Positions 5,845-11,709 of a DNA stretch of 11,709 bases are shown here, piece by piece. The notes beneath the pieces are model-generated. The model saw only the letters and a program-made list of their open reading frames with translations. It made no database searches and was not told where the DNA came from. How positions within the stretch are numbered: position 1 is the stretch's first letter; each line of letters starts with the position of its first letter. A program made the position numbers and the translations under genes. The DNA is from a virus (lineage: Duplodnaviria; Heunggongvirae; Uroviricota; Caudoviricetes), in the IMG/VR virus record IMGVR_UViG_3300037455_000372, positions 1 to 11,709 of that record; one strand, given 5' to 3'.

Positions 5845-5895
5845 AATATAGCAAATGCGTCCGTATGTGACAACTAAGGCTGGATTTGCTATATT
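5845..5895. promoter_or_regulatory. Divergent sigma70-type promoters sharing overlapping -35 hexamers
   Basis: Plus: GTGACA(5867-5872)-17-TATATT(5890-5895)-7-ATG. Minus: TTGTCA(5868-5873)-17-TATATT(5845-5850). Confidence 0.75.
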
Positions 5896-5902
5896 GGATT
5901 GT

Positions 5903-6511
5903 ATGAGTAGAAAAGACTATTACAACTTGACCCAACTGAAAGAACGTGGATGGACACCTTCGATGGTTAAGAAAATCGTCGATATACCGCCAACCGAGTT
6001 CAAGGGTATGTACGCCAAACAGCCGCAGAAGTGTTATCCGAAGGAATATATCGAAAAGTTGGAACAGAGTGAGCTGTTCACTGAGTTGAAACTGAAAGCA
6101 GCTGGTAGGCAAGTTGCTATGAAAGCAGTAGCTGACGCGAAGCGGTCAGACAACATCGCCAAGTTCTCCGCACGAGTGGATTCCGTAAAGATACCAGCAT
6201 TGACGGAAGATGAACTGAAATCACGCACGATCAAGTCCAAGCAACGCTGGTACTCTTATCAGTCTGAACTGCGGTGTGAAGCCGATGACGGAATTGACAT
6301 CGAACATCTACCGGCTAACGTGTTACATCGCTGGGAAGTCAATTATATTCGCCACGAGCTGACCAGATATGAAAAACTGCTTGACCAAATTCGCAGATTA
6401 GTCGGTACGCGTGATATATACACGGTTATCAAGGGTGAAATTCTTGATAAAATTGCGACCGCCTATCCATGGCTCAAGGACGAGTGCGACCGCCAGAAAG
6501 AGGTTATATAA
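5903..6511 (+). CDS. Conserved-looking hypothetical protein (LKERGWT...VNYIRHELTxY type)
   Basis: 202 aa from leaderless ATG 5903. The N-terminal LTQLKERGWTPSMVKK looks HTH-like, and I recall the motif pair from uncharacterised bacterial/phage proteins (not verified). Confidence 0.75.
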   Translation: MSRKDYYNLTQLKERGWTPSMVKKIVDIPPTEFKGMYAKQPQKCYPKEYIEKLEQSELFTELKLKAAGRQVAMKAVADAKRSDNIAKFSARVDSVKIPALTEDELKSRTIKSKQRWYSYQSELRCEADDGIDIEHLPANVLHRWEVNYIRHELTRYEKLLDQIRRLVGTRDIYTVIKGEILDKIATAYPWLKDECDRQKEVI

Positions 6512-6534
6512 AAATACCGCTATCGTTTGATAAG

Positions 6535-6561
6535 AAGACGACCGATGATGGTCGTCTTTTT
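6535..6561. terminator. Intrinsic terminator, probably bidirectional, between convergent genes
   Basis: AAGACGACC-GATGAT-GGTCGTCTT followed by TTT; the minus strand is followed by CTTAT. Confidence 0.75.
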
Positions 6562-6587
6562 GCGTAACGATGGGACGGCGAGAATCA

Positions 6588-7001
6588 TTAGTACGGTCGC
6601 CTAGCGTAAGTCTTTATCGTATATTTGCGGTGGATAGCTTGGTGGCATTGTTTGCAAACTACCATCACGTCGTTGGATGAATACTGCCACGGTAGATACC
6701 GTTGACCACGGTACTTTAAATAATACTTATGATGCACTTGCAACGGTCTGGCATTCGGGTTTCTGCACCATTCACATATGGTTCCACGTACACTGAATAT
6801 GTATTGTCGGAAGTTTTCCCATTCTTGCGTCTGAAGCAAGTCGGCATAAGTCCACGACCGTTGGACTGTTCCCTCTTCTTGGTATGAGTCGGAATAGCTG
6901 TCGGCATCATCGGATGATGTCAATTTGGACACCAGCTTGTATACGACGAATACGCCTATTATGAGTATAATCGGTAGCAGACTGGATATGGTAGTTGGCA
7001 T
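6588..7001 (-). CDS. HNH endonuclease with N-terminal transmembrane helix
   Basis: LLPIILIIGVFVVY hydrophobic segment, acidic linker, then EWENFRQYIF...CEWC...LQVHH..Y...PWQY...VVCKQCHQAIH (zinc-finger HNH). Confidence 0.85.
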   Translation of the reverse strand: MPTTISSLLPIILIIGVFVVYKLVSKLTSSDDADSYSDSYQEEGTVQRSWTYADLLQTQEWENFRQYIFSVRGTICEWCRNPNARPLQVHHKYYLKYRGQRYLPWQYSSNDVMVVCKQCHQAIHRKYTIKTYARRPY

Positions 7002-7007
7002 AAGTTT

Positions 7008-7036
7008 AATATAATAATCGGTGCAAAGACTGTCAA
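7008..7036 (-). promoter_or_regulatory. Near-consensus sigma70 promoter, leaderless
   Basis: TTGACA(7031-7036)-17-TATATT(7008-7013)-6-ATG(7001). Confidence 0.8.
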
Positions 7037-7137
7037 TGTTTCTTGTACTGTTCGGAATGCAGCGGTGCGGACTCGCCGCGAACGGTGTTGGCTGTTGCCG
7101 ACGGTGCTGGGAATATAAGGAAATTTACAAAATAGTA

Positions 7138-7166
7138 TTGACAAGTTTAATTAAAAATGTTATATT
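7138..7166 (+). promoter_or_regulatory. Near-consensus sigma70 promoter
   Basis: TTGACA(7138-7143)-17-TATATT(7161-7166) with TG extension. Confidence 0.8.
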
Positions 7167-7216
7167 ATGATTGTCGACGGCGTGGTGCCGTCGGCCAATT
7201 TTACAAAGGAGATAAA

Positions 7217-7741
7217 ATGGACAAATCAACTATTATTGGTACTTTTATTGGTAGTTTAGTGTCGGTCATCGTAGGCGTACTTGGCTTTTGGGGAAGTATT
7301 TATTTGGAAGATCGAAGATCCAGAAAACAACGTCTCGAAGATTTAAGCTATCAAATATATACTGATGTAACAAACCCAATAAATGCAGCGATGGCGTGTA
7401 TTGTGGAATTTATGCATCGTACACTTCCTTTAGTTAATAAGCAATCTGAATGCATTGCGTTAGATCCATCAATTATCACTAGCTTGAGCCAATATTTGCA
7501 TACACTTCTTAATGGTATTCAAAAACATACTGATTTAAACCATATTGATAAGCAAGTATTCGTATCATTGGCAACTCGTTTGAAACCAGCCATTAGAGCA
7601 ATCGATGATTTTATTGACGATAATGACGGAGCCATTACAAAATCAGTTGTAGAAGCCATTATCGCGAAAACTAATCCGATTTTGGTAGAAGCAAAAGCTT
7701 GTGTAGATATGTGTATGCCAGATTGGCATAATATTATATAA
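7217..7741 (+). CDS. Hypothetical protein with N-terminal membrane anchor
   Basis: Start placed at 7217 after SD AAGGAG; IIGTFIGSLVSVIVGVLGFWGSIYL segment followed by a helical soluble domain. Confidence 0.75.
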   Translation: MDKSTIIGTFIGSLVSVIVGVLGFWGSIYLEDRRSRKQRLEDLSYQIYTDVTNPINAAMACIVEFMHRTLPLVNKQSECIALDPSIITSLSQYLHTLLNGIQKHTDLNHIDKQVFVSLATRLKPAIRAIDDFIDDNDGAITKSVVEAIIAKTNPILVEAKACVDMCMPDWHNII

Positions 7742-7773
7742 AACAGATTGACTGATTCAAGACTACAGAAAGT

Positions 7774-7800
7774 CGCCTCGCGAGACCGCGAGGCGTTTTA
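7774..7800 (+). terminator. Intrinsic terminator
   Basis: CGCCTCGCG-AGAC-CGCGAGGCG followed by TTTTA. Confidence 0.8.
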
Positions 7801-7808
7801 TATAAACT
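7800..7808 (+). promoter_or_regulatory. ATATAAACT motif, candidate late promoter of the glycan-gene cluster
   Basis: Directly after the terminator, 23 nt before ATG 7832 with SD AAGGA. Confidence 0.5.
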
Positions 7809-7831
7809 GGATATAGTATAAAAGGACTAAT

Positions 7832-8455
7832 ATGAAAATTTTTGTCGTTGGTAGCAGTAAAAATACCTTCTTACCGTTAAATGACATTCGTACTAAGTTT
7901 TTAGTCGATGTTCCGCACGACGGTTCAAACATCGACTTTCTCAATCCGTGGTATTGCGAGTTAACTGGGCTATATTATATGTGGCAGCATTGTACCGACG
8001 ACATCATAGGACTGGAGCACTATCGTCGGTATTTTGTAAATAGTGATAATATGTTGTTGTCGTCGGCTGAAATTTTAAATATGTTAACTAATACTGATAT
8101 GTTGGTTAGAGAATATGTATTTCCCGAAGACCGTCCTAATGCACTAGCTCATTTTTCCGCCGAGCGGCTGCCATTCTTATTACGATTCGTCGATTCATTT
8201 AATCTTGACGAAAAGAATTTCTTTATGGATAGACTAAGCAATAGTCGTCGATTCGCACAATGCAATATGTTTATAGGCAAGCGATCAATTATTGATACGT
8301 ATTGCCGATGGTTGTTAAAATACGCATCAAAAATTCCGTTTGACGATATGATTCGGTCACCTCGTATCATTGGCTATTTAGCCGAGTTCGTCTTTGGCTT
8401 TTGGCTAGATTATATGGGGTATAAAACGAAATGGTGTCCTAGTATAACAGTATAG
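7832..8455 (+). CDS. DUF4422-family glycosyltransferase-like protein
   Basis: DGSNIDFLNPWYCELTGLYYMWQHCTDDIIGLEHYRRYF, CNMFIGK...YCRWL and RIIGYLAE match the DUF4422 pattern seen in polysaccharide loci. Confidence 0.85.
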   Translation: MKIFVVGSSKNTFLPLNDIRTKFLVDVPHDGSNIDFLNPWYCELTGLYYMWQHCTDDIIGLEHYRRYFVNSDNMLLSSAEILNMLTNTDMLVREYVFPEDRPNALAHFSAERLPFLLRFVDSFNLDEKNFFMDRLSNSRRFAQCNMFIGKRSIIDTYCRWLLKYASKIPFDDMIRSPRIIGYLAEFVFGFWLDYMGYKTKWCPSITV

Positions 8456-8463
8456 AGGTGTGT

Positions 8464-9090
8464 ATGTTTGTTATTGCAAATAATTGCGGCGGCGCGGATT
8501 ATTATAACTTGCACAATACAGAATTTAATAATCCATTTATGTGGTCGTGTTGCTTTGCGGCAGATATATTACGAATAATTCAACAATTTTATCATATAAA
8601 TTGGTCTAACATCACACCAACTTTTATGACAGAATCCACCGCAATTAGTAATAATTACATTGAGTTCCAGCAATTTATACCGGGGTTTATAATTGATGGA
8701 CTTGCTGAGATATATTATACCCATTACTTATATGATGCTTACTGTGAGCAGCCGACGATACGCGGAAGTAATACATATCATCGTCAAAACTATAAATATG
8801 CATTTCAAAAATACATAAGTCGAACAGCTAAAATGTGTAAGCTTACTGAACCGCCGTGTTTTTTAATTATAACCTATAAACGACATGGGTGGAATGATGA
8901 TACGTTTAAACAATTATCAACCTTAAATACTGACTTGAAAATGTGTATTATATCATCCAAATCCATTAACGGTTTGACACCAAATATAAAATTGTTTTAC
9001 GAACCCGATTTAGATTCGCCAGCGACCTATTTACCAATTACTATGGTTAAAAAATATAATTTGGACATAACAAAACATTTTATGGGGTAA
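8464..9090 (+). CDS. DUF1919-like polysaccharide-locus protein
   Basis: N-terminal VIANNCGG..YY.....EFNNPFMW resembles the DUF1919 IISNNCWGG...NPF motif; SD GAGG 5 nt before ATG 8464. Confidence 0.65.
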   Translation: MFVIANNCGGADYYNLHNTEFNNPFMWSCCFAADILRIIQQFYHINWSNITPTFMTESTAISNNYIEFQQFIPGFIIDGLAEIYYTHYLYDAYCEQPTIRGSNTYHRQNYKYAFQKYISRTAKMCKLTEPPCFLIITYKRHGWNDDTFKQLSTLNTDLKMCIISSKSINGLTPNIKLFYEPDLDSPATYLPITMVKKYNLDITKHFMG

Positions 9091-9091
9091 T

Positions 9092-9667
9092 ATGAAATAT
9101 CCTTGTACAATGGGCGTACTCCGGACGGAAGCCGGACTGAAAATCAAGCAGCGAATCAGCCAATATCTCGAACCGAGGTTCAAGATATTCTACGTCGAGC
9201 AAGATCCTCCCGGAAAGCTGTTCGAATATCCCGGCATTATGTTCGCATTGAAGATGGCCGTCGACCTAAACAAGCCGACGCTATATATCCATACCAAGGG
9301 TGCCGCCGACCCTCACCATATGTGGTACCAAACGCCAGTTAAAAAACTCTGGGCTTACGAGTTCGGAACCGAGAAAGTGGTTAAGACATACCAGAGAGCG
9401 TGTACAGACGTACCCACGGTCATCTGTCCTATTGCTGGGTCCGAAAAGCAGACTTGGTGGAACGGAATGATTATCAACCCAGCGGCAGCCAAGGAAATCC
9501 AGAAGACATTCCACTTCGACACGAACCGTTTCTACTACGAGTTCTCGATGTGCAACCTTCCAACGGTGAACGTCGTATCATCCGCCATATCGGGAACCCT
9601 CAGCGAGGACGATACCAACCGCCTACTGAGGGAAATTACCAAGGATATGCCGGATATCGATTATTAG
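9092..9667 (+). CDS. Putative glycan-modification-associated protein (LYIHTKG motif)
   Basis: 191 aa; FEYPG...TLYIHTKGA...WWNG pattern resembles uncharacterised proteins I recall beside glycosyltransferases in phages and giant viruses (not verified); starts 1 nt after the upstream stop. Confidence 0.6.
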   Translation: MKYPCTMGVLRTEAGLKIKQRISQYLEPRFKIFYVEQDPPGKLFEYPGIMFALKMAVDLNKPTLYIHTKGAADPHHMWYQTPVKKLWAYEFGTEKVVKTYQRACTDVPTVICPIAGSEKQTWWNGMIINPAAAKEIQKTFHFDTNRFYYEFSMCNLPTVNVVSSAISGTLSEDDTNRLLREITKDMPDIDY

Positions 9668-10518
9668 AATATATGATCGCTCATTGGACCGCGTTTTTGG
9701 CCAAGGTGAGCTAGTGACATTTTTCGCCGTGTCTCTTCGCTAATTGGTTTGCGTGGTTTATTGCTGGCTGCTATAGTTGCGTTTCGTTTTTTGACGATTT
9801 CATCCTTACGCTCCGCCCACATTTGCTTCATTCGTATACTGCGAGCAGCTCGTTGTTCTGGTGTAGCTTTCTTTCCAGTTCTATTGGCTTTGTTAGCCTC
9901 TACAATTCGGCGACGACCTTCTTCTGATAAAGGGTGCGGTCGACCTCGACGAACTTCCGATAAATGAGCCTTTTGTTCTTCAGTCCAGTGACCGCCAGTC
10001 CTTTCATTTCGTGTTTTAACAGCTTTCCGTGCTATTTCTGGGTCACGTTTACGACCAGTAAGCGTTTGTGATATCTTCTTGCGCTGTTCTTCGGATATTG
10101 GTCTTCCTTTACTCGTTATTGAATTGTATTCGACGGATTCCAGAAATGCGGTTTCATACGCGGTTGCAATGGATTTGGCTTGGTCTTCCGACATCTCCGT
10201 AATATATCGTGCTTTATCATCAACCATTAGCCTAAAGGTTAATGCCATTGGCGATTTAAAAACTGGCTTTGCTAGTACATAATAGTAATAATGCACCATA
10301 AAGTGGTCTCTAACAGCTAGGCTGATAAGATTGTCTAAGTCGTTGTCGATGTCTTCCCCTAACAGTTTGCTAAAGCATTTGGGGAATTTATGATGTAACG
10401 CTCGACCGTCGTTGCATCCCTTCTTTTTAGGAAAGCTTTCGTTTGCGTTGAATATGGCAATTACTTCTTGCCACAGCGGATTTTCGGTATCAAATACCTT
10501 ACTAAAATCGTGTTCCAT
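9664..10518 (-). CDS. HNH homing endonuclease with multiple NUMOD3 DNA-binding repeats
   Basis: LHHKFPKCF...DNDLDNLISLAVRDHFMVH nuclease motif; NUMOD3-type repeats ISEEQRKKISQTLTG, WTEEQKAHLSEVRRG, LSEEGRRRIVEA and ISEETRRKMSLAHLG. Confidence 0.85.
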   Translation of the reverse strand: MEHDFSKVFDTENPLWQEVIAIFNANESFPKKKGCNDGRALHHKFPKCFSKLLGEDIDNDLDNLISLAVRDHFMVHYYYYVLAKPVFKSPMALTFRLMVDDKARYITEMSEDQAKSIATAYETAFLESVEYNSITSKGRPISEEQRKKISQTLTGRKRDPEIARKAVKTRNERTGGHWTEEQKAHLSEVRRGRPHPLSEEGRRRIVEANKANRTGKKATPEQRAARSIRMKQMWAERKDEIVKKRNATIAASNKPRKPISEETRRKMSLAHLGQKRGPMSDHIF

Positions 10519-10570
10519 AATATAAAAAGGCCAGATGACGCCTAAAAATGGAACACAGCATCATCCGGCC
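10519..10570 (-). terminator. Terminator-like hairpin plus U-tract immediately upstream of the HNH-NUMOD3 ATG
   Basis: GGCCGGATGATGC (10570-10558) / GCGTCATCTGGCC (10541-10529): 13 pairs including 2 G-U, 16-nt loop, then TTTTT ATATT ATG. Confidence 0.65.
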
Positions 10571-10618
10571 CGAAAAATCTCTATCCAGACAGGTTCCATT
10601 CCATCTGAACTATCAATA

Positions 10619-10627
10619 AGTTTATAT
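10619..10627 (-). promoter_or_regulatory. ATATAAACT motif, candidate late promoter
   Basis: Exact copy, 100 nt upstream of ATG 10518. Confidence 0.5.
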
Positions 10628-10743
10628 GGTGGAACCGATTTCTTATTCAATAAATTACATCAAGAGACGGATTGGTGGTTAAACTCATACCACCAAGTTT
10701 ATAAGTTTACGCAACAAGTCCGAGCCGTCGCAGCCGTGGCCGG

Positions 10744-10772
10744 TTGCGTAGATTGAGCGTTTTTGCTATATT
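10744..10772 (+). promoter_or_regulatory. Sigma70-type promoter, leaderless
   Basis: TTGCGT(10744-10749)-17-TATATT(10767-10772)-7-ATG(10780); TTGC precedes the -10. Confidence 0.75.
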
Positions 10773-10779
10773 TCCGTAT

Positions 10780-11427
10780 ATGATCAATTCGTACATATAT
10801 TGCGGTTCAGAAGACAAGTATGACTGGGACACACTGTTTCAAGAGTGCTTCCCTATTGACAACATAGCCCGGAAACATATGATCCAGGTTATCAACGAGC
10901 TACGTCAGCGAGTGTCCAATACCGAAAAGATGACGCAGCACCATATCATTCCGCGTTGTTTCTACGAATACAAGAACCTGAAGTGCGACAATTCGCAGAA
11001 CAACCTGATTTACGTTACCCAAGAGGAGCACCTGTTCCTTCATTCGTGCGCTGTCGCTTGCTGTAACTATAATCTCAAGTCGAAGCTTAAACAGCCGGTA
11101 ATCGCGATGCTGGGCTACTGGAAGGACGCACAGAAAGAAGGGATACGTAGATACGTCGCTAACGGTGGCAAGATGGGACCTCCACCGAAACAACGACCAG
11201 CAGAGTCTATCTGGAAGCCGATTATAGAGAAAGTCAACGCGAACGAAATGACTGTTAGAGAAGCATTGTCGATATTGAATTTGAAGCGCACTACATTCTA
11301 TAAATTATTTATGAATGAACTAAACCGAGATAGGAATGTTTATTCACGTACAATGAGTGCTATGCGCACCAACTCGGTTCATTCCTCTTCATCGTCCTTG
11401 ACGACGATGTCTTCTCCGACCGAGTAG
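10780..11427 (+). CDS. HNH endonuclease fused to a resolvase/invertase-type arm and HTH
   Basis: TQHHIIPRCF...DNSQNNLIYVTQEEHLFLH nuclease motif, then AQKEGIRRYVANGGKMGPPP...MTVREALSILNLKRTTFYK, resembling the C-terminus of serine recombinases. Confidence 0.8.
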   Translation: MINSYIYCGSEDKYDWDTLFQECFPIDNIARKHMIQVINELRQRVSNTEKMTQHHIIPRCFYEYKNLKCDNSQNNLIYVTQEEHLFLHSCAVACCNYNLKSKLKQPVIAMLGYWKDAQKEGIRRYVANGGKMGPPPKQRPAESIWKPIIEKVNANEMTVREALSILNLKRTTFYKLFMNELNRDRNVYSRTMSAMRTNSVHSSSSSLTTMSSPTE

Positions 11428-11709
11428 AGTTCCTTCAGGTTCTTCAGCTTGGTGCAAGTTTCGTCATACAGCTGGCAGAACGCCATCGCGTAGCCGATAG
11501 CAGCGACCAGACGCGGTATGCCACCCTCGGCGTACCAGCAAAACGGTTCCGACCCCAGCTTGTCCTCTGTCGGGTGTCTCAAGCAAGCCCTGAACTTGTC
11601 TCTCTTCGGCGTATAGGTGATATGGCAGTCGATGCAGATGTTCCTCACTCCGGAATCCACCATAAGCTCCACCGATATGGGTTCGCTCTCGCTCGGAACG
11701 ATGGTCGTC
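11379..11709 (-). CDS. Hypothetical protein, 5'-truncated by the window edge
   Basis: The frame of the 97-aa track ORF stays open upstream of 11672 to the window end (..TTIVPSESEPISVELMVDSG..); acidic C-terminus DDEEE. Confidence 0.7.
   Translation of the reverse strand, partial: TTIVPSESEPISVELMVDSGVRNICIDCHITYTPKRDKFRACLRHPTEDKLGSEPFCWYAEGGIPRLVAAIGYAMAFCQLYDETCTKLKNLKELYSVGEDIVVKDDEEE

Noticed and set aside
7755-7820. TTCAAGACTACAG...hairpin...GGATATAGTA resembles group I intron R/P8/S elements
   Set aside because: P7 would be mismatched, there is no room for P4-P6, and the hairpin plus T-run is explained as a terminator.
4863-10680. 10-nt match ATTGGTGGTT between the ncRNA and the HNH intergenic region as an sRNA target
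   Set aside because: A few 10-nt matches are expected by chance between a 250-nt query and both strands of 11.7 kb.
10672-10696. 7-bp hairpin TTGGTGG/CCACCAA in the HNH intergenic region
   Set aside because: Short, no U-tract and no clear role; noted only as possible additional structure.
1-11709. CRISPR array, tRNA or rRNA genes, alternative genetic code
   Set aside because: No regularly spaced repeats and no cloverleaf or rRNA signatures seen; genes are intact and densely packed under the standard code, with TAG, TGA and TAA all used as stops.

Overview
Phage-like DNA, most plausibly from a large T4-related (myovirus-type) phage; the host cannot be determined from this window. It starts inside a minus-strand tnpB gene (missed by the ORF track because its stop lies outside the window) belonging to a tnpA-less IS200/IS605 element whose left end is visible. 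It then contains small hypothetical, membrane and exported proteins, a degenerate T4 gp17-like terminase-ATPase paralogue with a non-nuclease C-terminal domain, a membrane-anchored HNH protein, an AT-rich block with DUF4422/DUF1919 glycan-modification genes, and two back-to-back HNH homing-endonuclease-like genes. The regulatory grammar is unusually readable. Sigma70-type promoters (TTGC-TATATT) sit 6-7 nt before ATGs (leaderless mRNAs), and a second motif, ATATAAACT, looks like a late promoter. Top leads: (1) a ~250-nt structured, promoter-to-terminator ncRNA candidate at 4628-4881 (-) that I cannot assign to a known family; (2) a shared ~100-nt attenuator/pseudoknot leader architecture in front of two unrelated selfish nucleases (TnpB and HNH-NUMOD3); (3) the Walker-A-dead terminase fused to a possibly tail-tube-like domain. 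All calls are from manual reading; no searches or folding programs were run.
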